Below are positions 25,153 through 38,293 of a stretch of 64,000 nucleotides of DNA, in pieces. The notes beneath the pieces are model-generated. The model had not been told where the DNA came from and made no database searches. It saw nothing but the letters and a program-made list of their open reading frames with translations. Each line of letters starts with the position of its first letter. The stretch's first letter is position 1. The stretch comes from Octopus vulgaris (lineage: Eukaryota), in NCBI GenBank assembly GCA_951406725.2, contig OX597827.1, positions 70,308,001 through 70,372,000 on the forward strand, in the 5' to 3' direction. The position numbers and the translations under genes are program-made.

Positions 25153-26439
25153 AACTATTCACGACACCGGTGATTGTTTAATCACTGTTTTCCTACACAT
25201 CCGTGGCAAACAAATTTCATGCAAGCATGCATTTGGCTGTGAGTACATGCTATTGATAAGGTACAATGACGGAGAAATACATCTGGTGTTCTCACTAACT
25301 GCTAGTGGGATGGTTTTTAAACAGGCAGCAAGCTGGCAGAATCATTAGCACACTGGACGAAATGCTTACTGGTATTTCATCCATCTGGGTTCAAACTCTG
25401 CTGAAGCTGACTAACAATATAATCTAATCTTGGCAAGTATGGGTGACAACTTCAGGTGTGTTTCAGTGTTATTAAATCTCTTCAGTTAAGTATAGCTTTC
25501 ACAAACACTTGTCAGATTCGTGATAAGAAAATAAATATATTGATGTACATGAGTAGACATCAAAAATAATGAGATTGACTGAGAGGAAAATTTATCCAGG
25601 GTCTTCAACTGTATGAAAAAACAACAGTCAAGTTGGGCAAATATCTTCTACTATAGCCTCAGGCTGACCAAAGCTTTGTGAGTGGATTTGGTAGACAGAA
25701 ACTGAAAGAAGCCCGTCATATATATGTATATGTTTGTGTATCTCTGTTTGTCCCCCCAACATTGCTTGACAACCGATGCTGGTGTGTTGTCCCTGTAGCC
25801 TCGCAGTTGCACAAAAGGCTTACAAAGAATAAGTCCGGGGGTCGATTTGCTTGACTAAAGGCGGTGCTCCACCATGGCCACAGTCAAATGACTGAAACAA
25901 GTAAAAGAGAAAGAGAAAGAGTATAAAATTTTGATGGAAATTTGAACTTAGATCACTTTGAGCCTTTATTATTTCAACTGGTTAAGTCCATCCTAAATAT
26001 TCTACCTGTTTTGTGTTCAAACCAGTCATATCAGGACTCCTACAATTATTCTACAATGTCATTTATAGAATGTAAACAATCACCTCATCAAAATCTTGAA
26101 GCTACAAAATAATGTATTATCAATTCAAAACAACGTGAATAAGCATTACATGTCTTTTCTACTCTAGGCACAAGGACCAACATTTTTGGGAAGTGGGGGG
26201 CAGTTGATTAGATTGACCCCAGTATGCAACTGGTACTTAATTTATCAATCCCGAAAGGATGAAAGGCAAAGTCAACCTTCATGGAATTTGAACTCCGAAC
26301 ATAAAGACAAACGAAATACCGCTAAGCATTTCGCCTGGTGTGCTAACATTTCTGGCCCAAATATTCTATTGAGTTCTGCTCAAATCTGCCAGATTAGGCC
26401 TCTTACACCTACCTTACAATGTCATTTGAAAAATTAACA

Positions 26440-26777
26440 ATTGCCTGACTGGCACTTGTGCCGGTGGCACGTGAACAAAACATTTGAGCGAGGTCGTTGC
26501 CAGTGCTGCTGGACTGACTCCTGTGCAGGTGGCATGTAAAAAACACCTTTTTGAGCATAGCCATTGCCAGTACCACCAGACTGGCCCTCGTGCAGGTGGC
26601 ATATAAAAGCACCCACTACACTCTTGGAGTGGTTGGCATTAGGAAGGGCATCCAGCCGTAGAAACTCTGCTAGATCAAGATTGGAGCCTGGCGCGGCCAT
26701 CTGGTTCACCAGTCCTCAGTCAAATCGTCCAACCCATGCTAGCATGGAAAATGGACGTTAAAGGATGATGATGATGA
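26440..26777 (+). mobile_element. Family D repeat (RTE-like tail)
   Basis: Same body and tail as 4660-5042, in opposite orientation. Confidence 0.75.
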
Positions 26778-27784
26778 CCATCAAAATCTCAAAGATACGA
26801 GATGATGCATGATTAATTCAAAACAATGTCAATAAATAAGCATTACAGTTGACAGAGAAATGTAAAGGATTAAAACAGGGAATTTGTATCACAGAACTAT
26901 GGAAGATCTCAGGTGGGTTGGTGTCAAAAGGGTTAAGAGAATAAATGGATAATCCACTACAGGGATTTGCTGGGGGATAAATGGGCTCTAATTTACAACA
27001 GTCTTACTGAAAGAAAAAAAAAATCCCAAATATTTCTTCTCCATACATGTGAGGTCATTTCAAAGCCCCTAGAGGAAATAAATAAAGGAAAGAAGGAGTG
27101 GTAAGTTATTTTTTTTTAAATACTGACTCCTTGGTATTTTGAATGACATCCGACTACATAATAACCATTGCTCCAGATACAAAAGCTCTGAGACATATAA
27201 TGTTACCGAAATGTTGCCGCTACGTCGTGACAGATGTGGCTGGTGACTAGGCTGAGAGGCTGAACATTGCCTAAGCTTCAGACAAATAAAAACAAATTAG
27301 AAAAAATAAAAATAAAGCTATCATAAATTTTATTTTTATTAACTTCTTTTTGAAACATGAAATTAAATACCAAAACCTTTACATTTAAAAAACAATTTTC
27401 TTTTTGTTTTTAAGTCGTTTCATATTTAAATAAAGGTATCAAATATCAGATTTATTGTTGGGGTTATATCAGATTTATTTTTATTTTTTTGTTTTAGTCA
27501 ATGGACTGCTGCCGAGCTGGGGCACTGCCTTGAAGGGGTTAGCTGAACAAATCAACCCCAGCACTTATTTTTAAGTCTGGTACTTCTTCTGTTGATCTCT
27601 TTTGGTGGCCTGCTAAGTTACAAGGATGTAAACAAATCAACACTGGTTGTTCAAATGGTGGACACACACACACACAGGCCCACTATATAGCACCTTGGGG
27701 AAGTGTCTTCTATTATAAGCCCTAATCAACCAAAGCCTTGTGAGTGAATGTAATAAACTGAAAGAAGTCCATCATTTCTTCATA

Positions 27785-28180
27785 GGTGCAGGAGTGGCTG
27801 TGTGGTAAGTAGCTTGCTTACAAACCACATGGTTCCGGGTTCAGTCCCACTGCGTGGCACCTTGGGCAAAAGTCTTCTACTATAGCCTCGGGCCGACCAA
27901 AGCCTTGTGAGTGAATTTGGTAGACGGAAACTGAAAGAAGCCCGTCGTATATATATATATATATATATGTGTGTGTACATACTTGTGTGTCTGTGTTTGT
28001 TCCCCCAGCATCGATTGACAACCGATGCTGGTGTGTTTACCTAGCGGTTCGGCAAAAGAGACCGAAAGAATAAGTACTAGCCTTACAGAGAATAAGTCCT
28101 AGGGTCGATTTGCTCGACTAAGGGCGGTGCTCCAGCATGGCCGCAGTAAAATGACTGAAACAAGTAAAAGAGTAAAAGAA
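27785..28180 (+). mobile_element. tRNA-derived SINE family A, full length
   Basis: A/B-box-like head, internal (TA)/(TG) tract and AAAAGAGT tail repeats. More than 10 copies in the window. Confidence 0.85.
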
Positions 28181-29070
28181 TAGTTAGAGAGGGGCCTTAT
28201 GGCCAGAGAATAGTTCTGGAGCAACAAAATATGTCTGGAATAGCTAGAGTTTACTTCCAAAATACAGCTTGTTAATAAAATAACTGGTTTCTTCGTTAAG
28301 CATAAGGTCATATCGTTGAAAATAGGTGAGGAGAATGAGATTTCATGGCATTTGTGTCTTTCTCAAGGAAAACTAGAGCCATAATTATTGAACTGGCTTT
28401 GACCGATACTCGTAACTGAGTCGTGAAATTGGTCCCGCCAGGATCTAACATCATTGTAACTGAATAAACAAGAGAACAGCCACACGTTGTTAAAAACCTA
28501 ACAATATCATTTCAGTGGACAGAAAAAAAAAAGAAAAAAAAAAATTAAGTATTAAAGGGAGGCAACCCCTGCATGTCTACAAGCTGTTAGCTTTTCCTAA
28601 AAATCTGTCATGGATTTGAATTAGCGTTGGTCAAATAGAAGCACCCTTATTCTAGAAATAAAGCAAAAAGAACGTGGATATGTTGCATTCTTTTCCAAAG
28701 GTCATAAGTGATGGGATTTAATTCTGTGACTGGAAACTGCAACATGATCTATGATTGCTCACAGCTTATACTGCTTAAAAATTTTTTAAATATCAGACCA
28801 TATAGTGGAGAATACAGCGTTGGTTTTGAGGACCATAAGCCCATAACAGATATAAATACAGAGTTTATTTAGCATAAATATATACATTTGTATATTAAAT
28901 ATTGTTGGATTATAATTCACGTAAAAACGTTCTAACGTGGTCGCTGGACCTGCTAGAAATAGTATCGAAATCTCTCTCAAATCACATCGTTGTCTAAACC
29001 CGTTTTCAGCCCAAAGAATTTTCATCGGTTTCTCCTAAACACCCCTGTTTGTTTTCAGACTTTTGGTTAA

Positions 29071-29189
29071 CCCTTCTTTCGTACATTCTGAGTAATATAA
29101 AGCTTTCCTTTCATAAGTCCCAAGTTTCTCAGGCAGTTGAAAAAAAGTTTGGAATGTGCATCACATGTATACATCGGACAGGCAAAGGG
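29071..29189. mobile_element. Small piggyBac-like MITE
   Basis: TTAA|CCCTT...AAGGG|TTAA. The TIR match is short. Confidence 0.45.
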
Positions 29190-30007
29190 TTAAGGGACTG
29201 GACACAGTGTATATAATATAGTCCTCAACATACTCTTTACTCTCTTTTGATTGCGGCCATGCTGGAGCACCGCCTTTAGTCGAGCAAATCGACCCCAGGA
29301 CTTATTCTTTGTAAGCCAAGTATTTATTCTATCGGGTCTTTTGCCGAACCGCTAAGTTACGGGGACGTAGACACACCAGCATCGGTTGTCAAGCAACGCT
29401 AGGAGGACAAACACAGACGCACAAACATATACACACACACACACATACATATGTATATATACATATATACAACAGGCTTCTTTCAGAGTCGGCAGAGAAA
29501 GAGTTGGTTACGATTATGATGATGATGGTATCCTTTCTTCACCATCAAACCTTGTAAAACAATTTTAGGATCTTAGATTTCGTCCAACTTCTTGCATCGA
29601 GGCATCGATTGGCTAAAATTACGTATTTCTAAATGCTTGCAACTTTTCAGAACTACATTTTCCCTGAAAATAATCTGATGAAAATTTGAAAAACTTCAGC
29701 TGCTCGGAAGAAATTTAACAAGATCCGTAGGGCCGAGGGAAAGTAACTTTGTGGAACATTCTACATGCTAAATACATATACGGCAGGGTATCACATACGT
29801 AATAGTGGTCCCTCAGCCTATTAGAAATAGCAGCCAAATCCCCATCAAATCCTGTTCTCCTGCCTAAAGTAAAAGAATACACACTGGACAATGTGGACAA
29901 GGTGGTCACTAATGGAGTGGCTTTGATCATAAGTTAGTAGAAGACTGACCTGGTGTTTTGTAACTTAACGAAACTGAGTTTAATGTTTCTTTTTCTTGCA
30001 TTCCCTG

Positions 30008-30401
30008 TTTTACTTGTTTCAGTCATTTGACTGTGGCCATGCTGGAGCACCGCCTTTAGTCGAGCAAATCGACCTAAGGACTTATTCTTTGTAAGCCAAG
30101 TACTTATTCTATCAGTCTCTTTTGCCGAACCGCTAAGTTACGGGGACGTAAACACACCAGCATCGGTTGTCAAGCGATGTTGGGGGCAGGGGGGGGGGAC
30201 AAACACAGACACAAACATATACACACACATACATACATATATATGACGGGCTTCTTTCAGTTTCCGTCTACCAAATCCACTCACAATGCTTTGGTCGGCC
30301 CGAGGCTGTAGTAGAAGACACATGCCCAAGGTGTCATGCAGTGGGACTGAACCTGGAACATGTGGTTCGTAAGCAAGCTACTTACCACACAGCCACTCCT
30401 G
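30008..30401 (-). mobile_element. SINE family A, near full length
   Basis: Reverse complement of 27785-28180. Confidence 0.85.
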
Positions 30402-30559
30402 AATATTAATTAACAAGTCCAGGTAATAAACTCCAACAATCAATAGCAATCAATTAAACACAGCTGGTTCCGTGTTACAGTAAAATAGATATTTTCGTTT
30501 GTCTGACGGTTTTTCATTCAGAGTAAGGCTGTCTACTATTAATTACAAGAGCATAACTA

Positions 30560-31558
30560 CAGAAACGTGCCACCCCGTAGACCTTTGCTTCTACATAACT
30601 TTCTGTATGTTTTCTGTTTTTTGAACGAAAGTTTCTACAAATATATTTCAAATGGTGTAGATTATGATTTTATCGGAATCTGCAGTGAAAATACATTTTT
30701 TTCCTAAATTTTTTTTATAGGAATTTAATGTCCAAAGAATCGAAGAGGAGATGAATATTTCACGCATCTCGACTTTGTTTTCTCATAACTTTTAGAAAAA
30801 TGCATACAGTCGCAGGAGTGGCTGTGTGGTAAGTAGCTTGCTTACCAACCACATGGTTCCAGGTTCAGTCCCACTGCGTGGCACCTTGGGCAAGTGTCTT
30901 CTACAATAACCACGGGCTGACCAAAGCCTTGTGAGTGGATTTGGTAGACGGAAACTGAAAGAAGCCCCTCGTATATATGTGTATATATATATATGTATGT
31001 GTGTGTATATGTTTGTCTCCCACATCGCTTGACAACCGATGCTGGTGTGTTTACATCCCCGTAGCTTAGCGGTTTGGCAAAAGAGACCGACAGAATAAGT
31101 ACTAGGCTTACAAAGAATAAGTCCTGGGGTCGATTTGCTCGATCGACTAAAGGCGGTGCTCCAGCATGGCCACAGTCAAATACATGACTGAAACAAGTAA
31201 AAGAGTAAAGAGTATAGTTTTCCTCCTCCACGACTTTCTTCCTATCATTTACTGTAAATTTAACAAAATTTCATTTTTACTTTTCAGGTTTACATGTTTG
31301 AAATAGTAATATTTACGTAATCCGCATCTTCGAAAACGTATTTTTGCAAAATGTCATTTAAAAACATGTATTTTAGAGAGAGTAATGAGGAAACTAGGTC
31401 GGCAAGGAGGAAAATAAAATGATCCGAAACGTTTCTAAAATTATAACTCATATAATCATAATCTACATGCTCGAAAATGCATCTATGAAAAGTTTCATTA
31501 AAAAAAATACGCGTTTTTCAGAAAACTGACGGAAGAAAATCGGTGAGGCACTAAACTG
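30560..31558. mobile_element. Old Tc1/mariner-type MITE with imperfect ~130-bp TIRs, carrying a SINE A insertion (30808-31214, +)
   Basis: TA|CAG...CTG|TA ends; TGTAGATTATGATT and flanking sequence mirrored at both ends. Confidence 0.6.
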
Positions 31559-33036
31559 TACTTGTGCCGGCTTAGTTTCTCTGACATTTGCTACGCCGAG
31601 TGGCTTGCATAAATTACATTGACATTTGCTTAACCCAAGTCAACCTTCATTTAGCAGTACTGTGATGGGAATGATTCCAATCGTGACTACCCAGTCTTAT
31701 TTCCAGATATAATGCAAACTTATACTACATTAGCGAAATTATACACTTTTATTTAAAAACAATTGGGCGTGATTTGGGATGAACTTGGCTGTTATTTCTA
31801 ACAGGCCGAAGGACCACATAGAAACTGTCCCTTCCTCTTGTATTTCAAATACGTGGAAGATACATTTTCAAAATTTTATTTTGAATGTGTAAGAAATGAC
31901 GTGTCAAATTCTTTATTAGTAGTAGGTCAGCTACAATCAAGCAGATCTACAATAAAGGCATGCCAGCCATGACCACTCCATTTTGGTGGGGTTGTGTTGC
32001 AGGACTATATTGTCCACTGTATCCTGTAATATATTAAGACAGTAGGATGTAGTGTTAGGCTGATTTAGCTGCCATTTTTAGCATGTCGTACGACCGCGTA
32101 GGGGATCTGTCGTTGTGAAGAATACATCTTAGATTTTAGTTTTGTCTTCTCCAATTTACATTTGGCAGAGGCTGTGTGGCATCTCAGAATTATACCTTCT
32201 ATATTCCCCCATGACCTGAAGGAAAAATAATTTCTTACGATACAGGTCTTTAATTACAATTAAAGAAAATCTTGGAGAAGAGAACAGATATTATTACCGG
32301 GAATTTGATAGACGAAATCCTACAGCTAGTGTTTGGAGACGAGACAGTGGGCGCCAGTCCAGATTCGCCAGACACTGTTGAGAAGTCTTAGTCTTCTAAT
32401 AAATGTGTCAATTTCGCAAATTCTTAATCATCAGAAACAACTTTCATTGATAATGAGAATAACAAGAATTCGATTATAATAGAAGTGACATGATTAATTG
32501 TTGGTTAACCCCGGATCAGCTCTGGTCATGGAGATATAGCTGGATCAAAAGACAGTCCAGTCGTAACCACCCCGATCATAATAACAAATGTGTTCAGTTA
32601 TTTTAAGGTGATAAGATGCATCATGAAGGAAATTTGGGGTGTTACTTTTAGCTGGTCAAACGACTATCTTGTCCCAGGTTCCGTCTTTCTTTTACCAATG
32701 CACACTACCCTACCCAAAAAGCTGGAAATAATTTTTCGGGACACATACTTCAATTTAATTAATAAGTTCGTTTTCAAAAATTTATTTTAGTCTTTGGAGA
32801 GAATTTTTTCCCACTTCATCTCGTTCGTTTTTGCGGCATGCAAAGATGTTATAAAGAAAAACAAAACCAAGGGTCGGAGCAAGCTGATGGAAATTAGAGA
32901 AATAAAAGTACTTAATTGTCCCGAGGGGTTCCCGCACTCTAAAATGACATTATTTCGCCGCGCTAATTACTGAAATTATGAAAAGGACTTGCGTTACAAA
33001 GAACGATTTTAGAAACTATAATTGTAGTATCATCTT

Positions 33037-33384
33037 GCATTTATATTTTCTAAAGAATAGCCGGAATTTCTTTAATAATAATTTTTTTTTTTAAAACCCT
33101 CATTATTTCTCCCCCCCCCTTTTTTTTGACCATAAATCCAACATGGCGGACAGGATCTGAATCTGACTTAATAGAATCCGTACTAAAAGACTTACCAAGT
33201 CATTCCTTCGTACGTCTGCTTCTTTGATGGAACCCGCCTCTGTCCTCGTCTTCCTAGAAACTACTAACCTACAATTTCCAACTTGGCATTAAAACCGTCG
33301 CAACCTCAACCAACCACAAGTCCAGGAGGCCCCCGGGGGACCCAAACGGCTCTGCCCTTCCTACTTATAACACTAATCAATAAA
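33037..33384 (-). promoter_or_regulatory. Putative promoter and non-coding first exon of paralog B (exon 3' end 33196)
   Basis: Near-identical to 11144-11490. Donor GTAAGT at 33195, YY1-type motif at 33139-33149. Confidence 0.65.
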
Positions 33385-34065
33385 CGAGAAACGCGTGTCC
33401 GTGTATGTAGAACGAGTGTGGTGGTTGTTAGATGTAGGCATGGATTTTTGGCTTTATGCGCGTGTGTGTGTGTGTGTGTGTAAGTAAATATTTGCATGAA
33501 TTTATTGGTGGTGCTTTTTTGTATGTTCGCGTGTCTGCATAACATGCACACAAGACCATGAAGAAGAGAACGTACCCGGAGACGAGACACAAAGTAAAAT
33601 GTGGATATAGCAGTTCATCTAGGAAACCAAGAGCGAACCGACGAGGGTGTCACGGAGGGAAACTTGCCATTACTGTCTTTGGTTAATTTCCAAGAATCTC
33701 GACCAAATGTCATTATTTAAAACAACCAAACAAAAACAAAAACAGACACTGGTGTAACTGATCTACGTAAACATTGATATATATATATATAGATAGATAT
33801 ATCAGTGGTGTGTGTTTGTGTATTTCAACCGGAATGGCGAGGTGGGGAAGTGGAATAGTTTCCACCCCGAAAAGTTCTCTTTCAAGCTTTGAAATAAAAT
33901 TAATAATAAACATTAGGATGTTTTTCCCCTCAACTCCCTTTGTCGGAACATTTTGGCGGTGTTCACCGAGAACTTGTTTCCATCGTCAAAAATATCCACC
34001 AACTCATACGTGTGATTTATCAAGTAAAACATTTATCAAGTCCCCGCCTCATGATAAAACTGGGT

Positions 34066-34290
34066 GGTACTACTTAAGAAGAGTGGTCCCGGTGCGCGCA
34101 CTCGCGTACTCGGGCATCGAAGCTAGCTAGGGCAAACCTTCGGTATAGGTACCGGTACTTATACCGTAAGATCGCCATTTATTTTGTGTTATATTTACTT
34201 TGCTAGGTAGTCATTGTAGGATCGACTAGCTAGCGCGGATGCGCGACTACGCGAGTGCGCGCACCGGGACCACTCTTCTTAAGTAGTACC
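34066..34290. mobile_element. CpG-rich MITE with perfect 43-bp TIRs
   Basis: GGTACTACTTAAGAAGAGTGGTCCCGGTGCGCGCACTCGCGTA occurs at both ends, inverted. A half copy lies at 47564-47666. No TSD visible. Confidence 0.8.
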
Positions 34291-34459
34291 AATACGTTCC
34301 GTAACTGAAGGCAACTTGTTAAAAAGTAAGCTAGTATATGCTTAACAATCGAACAGTGAATAAACGAATAAATGGACCCATATCTATAAGTGTGACAAAA
34401 CTTTTTTTGTATTCAATAGATACAATAGCGTTGATAAATATCAGAATTTTTCTTACATA

Positions 34460-34972
34460 GGTGTAAAAGAGGCTGTGTGGTAAGTAGCTTGCTTACCAAC
34501 CACATGGTTCCGGGTTCAGTTCCACTGTCTGGCACCTTGGGCAAGTGTCTTCTACTATAGCCTCAGGCCGCCAAAGCCTTGTGAGTGGATTTGGTAGACG
34601 GAAACTGAAAGAAGCCCGTCGTATATATATGTGTGTGTGTATGTTTGTGTGTCTGTGTTTGTCCCCCCCCCCCCAACATCGCTTGACAAGTGATGCTGGT
34701 ATGTTTACATCTCCGTAACTTAGCGGTTCGGCAAAAGAGACCGATAGAATAAGTACTAGGCTTACAAAGAATAAGTCCAGGGGTCGATTTGCTCGACTAC
34801 AGGTGGTGCTGATGCTGGTATGTTTACATCCTCATAACTTAGCGGTTCGGCAAAAGGGACCGATAGAATAAGTACTAGGCTTACAAAGAATAAGTCCAGG
34901 GGTCGATTTGCTCGACTACAGGTGGTGCTCCAGCATGGCCACAGTTACATGACGGAAACAAGTAAAAGAGTA
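34460..34972 (+). mobile_element. SINE family A with a ~119-bp internal tandem duplication
   Basis: TGATGCTGGTATG...CAGGTGGTGC present twice (from 34691 and 34810). Confidence 0.85.
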
Positions 34973-35116
34973 TCATCCGAACAAAAAAGGGGGGAACTCT
35001 GTAAAGACAAAGAAAACTACACACAGGCAATCTCCAGGAACCCATTTTGACTCTTCTAAATAATTCCCTTCGCTTTATCATCCATACTCTTGAGAAAGAT
35101 GGATGATAAAAGGTCA

Positions 35117-36203
35117 TAGACTTAATCCTGTTTAATATTGTCACCTAACATTTTGAATGCCTTTAGAAGAGAGGGCCATTCTATGCCAGGTTTCTGGTTT
35201 GGAGAGGATTCGCACCCTCTCTACTTCCCTCCTTCTCTCCTTCCCACCAATCCCAGAGGCTCTGTGAAGGGTCAGGGGCATTACTTTCTTTCCTCTTTCT
35301 CCTATAAATCAAGAGACAAAAACTTTAATCGCAAACAGTTATTTCTATTTCATTTAGTCTTTCACTATGAAACTTTTCTAATTCTCAAACGGAAAAGGCA
35401 AACTCTGTTTCGGATGGTTTCTTTGTTTATTAAAAAAAAAGAAGCAGCCAATTCTCTCTTAAATCATCCCACTGTCTCAAAATACAGGATACATGGGGCA
35501 ATATAATTCCTGATATACAAAAAAAAAACATGTGATCAGAGATAAAACGCTTTTAATCAGGCCCACCCAATTGGGGTCAACTCAAGGCTAGACAATGACA
35601 ACCCAAGTGGAGGTGCAATGGCCCAGTGGTTAGGGCAGCAGACTTGCAGTCATAAGAGTGCGGTTTCGATTTCCAGATCAGGTATTGTGAGTGTTTATAG
35701 AGCAAAAATGCCTAAGCTCCACGAGGCTCTGGCGGGATGGGAGGGGGGATCTTTAACCCCACTGCCCTCTTTCACCACAACTTTCTCTCTCTCACTCTTT
35801 CTTCCAACTTCTGCCACAAAGCAGAGGAACCATGGTGTAACCTACTATGGTATGGTAAACTTTCAGACCCTAGTCTAGATTGCGAATCCTCTGTACCCCA
35901 GGATGGTTTGGCTCTCCACCCGTTAAAAGCCACCATTTACAAAATGAGGATAACAACATAGCTTTCGCTGTCCATATACCGTTACCATCAAGAAAGCTTT
36001 CCTCCACCCACCTTATTTTTCAGTCAGGAAAGAAGGTAATGCCTCTGACCCTTCACAGAGCCTCTGGGATTGGTGGAAAGGAGAGACGGAGGGAGGTAGA
36101 GAGGGTGCAAATCCTCTTCAAACCAGAAACCTGGCATAGAATGGCCCTCTCTTCTAAAGGCATTCAAAATGTTAGGTGACAATATTAAACAGGATTAAGT
36201 CTA
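35117..36203. repeat. Foldback: 178-bp inverted repeat arms (35117-35294 and 36026-36203)
   Basis: Seven mismatches and no indels by manual alignment; outer 85 bp perfect. The loop contains a SINE C head. Confidence 0.9.
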
Positions 36204-38154
36204 CCACCTTAATTGGTCCCATCCTTGTTGTGGTATAGTCTACCCCAAAGTCCCATCCTTGTTGTAGTATTGTGGGTTCTGTGCCCCATTGACCCAGAAA
36301 ACTATACCAGTAGAGTGCAAGATCCTGTTAGGGCTTCCCATGCTGGATAAGTCAAAGGGCAGAGGCCAAACTAACATGGGCCACTTCTTTGTAGAGGCAA
36401 AAATGGGTTTGCTGATACCCCTACTTAGAAAAGAGCAAGAAGCATCAATCACAAATCAAAACCAACAAGGCCTGAGAGAGGAAGGCTTTCCTTCAGGGAA
36501 ACATATGATGCAGAGCAGCAAAACCCGGAAGGGAGAATCCAACGTCCTGCATTACACAACAGGCCCTGACCTAGAACCCAGAAGGGAAGCAAAAGAGAGG
36601 AAGCCTTAAAAATAGTTGATGGTGATTTAGATGTATCCTGGTCGTGGAGTCATCTAAACATGACTCTCTTCAGAAGGCTGTAATATCATTTGACAGGAAC
36701 ATGGTATAAAGAATATATAAAACAAGACCATCGGTATCTACATATCAAATTTGAGTGCAATCGGATGGAGGATGCCCAAGATTCTAGAAGACACACACAC
36801 AGACAGGCAGAACGGATTTTATATAATAGATATGACAAGCTTCTTTCAGTTTCCATCTACCAAATCTGCTCACAAAGCTTTGGTCAGCCCAGGCTAGAGT
36901 AGAAGACACTTGCCTAAGGTGCCAGGTGGTGGGACTGAACCCAGAACCACATGGTTGGGAAGCAAGCTTCTTTACCACACAGTCATACTTGCCCCTTAAC
37001 AGCATTTCTTTATCTCTACTTTCCGAGTTCAAATTCTGCTGAGGTGAACATTGCATTTCATCCTTTTTGTGGTCGATAAAATAAGTCGCGTTTTGGGGTT
37101 GATGTAATCGACTTCCCCCTCCCCTCAAAAACTGCAGTCCTGTACCAAAACTAGAAACCATTATTAAACAATGTTTGAAACTCATCATGAAATTTTAATG
37201 GAAGGTTTTTCACTTGGATATCTTTAAACAGGAAGTTTGTATCATAGAACCAACGGTGGTTTCAGGCGGGTTTGGTATCAAAAAAGCTAACACAATTCAA
37301 AGTAGTCCTAGGCTAAGCCTGAAACAGGCTGATGGTCACGGTTGGAATGTCTTTGGTCATGCTGACTCAAGGCTGAATCTCAAATAGATTCTTTTTTTTT
37401 TCTTCTATTTTCTAAAAATTTATGATTGTTTTTGATATGAACACAAGCTAAAAAAAAATTGTCGTCCACCCAAACATCATTTAGAAGAGAGAGCCGCAAT
37501 GTGGTCGCTAGAAATAGCAGCCAAATCTCCCTCATATTGTACGACACCATTTCGAAATAAGAAAGTGCACGTGAGGTACTGTGGTCCTAGATATGCTGCG
37601 TCTGAGAACAAAAAAGAAAAAGATAGACGGTCATGTTTGGAATGCCTTTTATTGTAGATCTATTCGAATAAAGCGATTCTGGAAGTGGACAATAATTCCC
37701 TGGTACAGACGTACAATAATTGATTGTAGAGCTAAGGTGATAGTTACGTATAAATCAATTTTTCTTCACAGAACACAAAGTAAAGTAGAAGTAATCTAAG
37801 AGCAGTAGTGGTGTTTGCCAGTAAAATAATTTTTTTTCAGTAAAATTATAAATTCAAAAATATTTGTTACATTTTAAAATATCTAAAAAAAATAAATGTG
37901 CAGCACGAAGTTTTGTCAGGGAACAGGTCGCGGTCCCAAAGCGACGAAAATATTTTGTCAAATTAAATTTAAATGTTGAAGTGAATCCAACGGTTTTTCT
38001 GTGTTTCTTAAATGGCTTATAAACACCTTCCACGCTGCAATTGTTTTAAAAAAAATATTATCGGCATGGGTGTTTATTCACAATTTCATTGAGGCGAAGA
38101 ATAGGAAGCCAAATGTTGATATTCTTACAAAGCAAGAGAGATAACTCTCCACAG

Positions 38155-38200
38155 TTTATTGGGCGGCCATTGTAGTGTGGCTCCCGTCTTTTTTGTACGT
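38155..38200 (+). promoter_or_regulatory. Probable IK core promoter region with YY1-like GGCGGCCATT
   Basis: GGGCGGCCATTGT at 38161-38173, ~130 bp upstream of the ATG. Motif resemblance only. Confidence 0.4.
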
Positions 38201-38293
38201 TTTGCGGATATTTATTGTAATTTCACTGGGAAGGAAGATATTCCTGCACTTGAGATAAGAGGTACCGAATAGTGGTTTGTAAACTCATCCAAA

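Noticed and set aside
27785-27860. tRNA genes at SINE heads
   Set aside because: A/B boxes are present but there is no full cloverleaf, and each runs into a SINE body.
1436-33384. Tandem ZNF pair as a haplotype duplication artefact
   Set aside because: Introns, tails, finger number and TE content differ far too much for two alleles.
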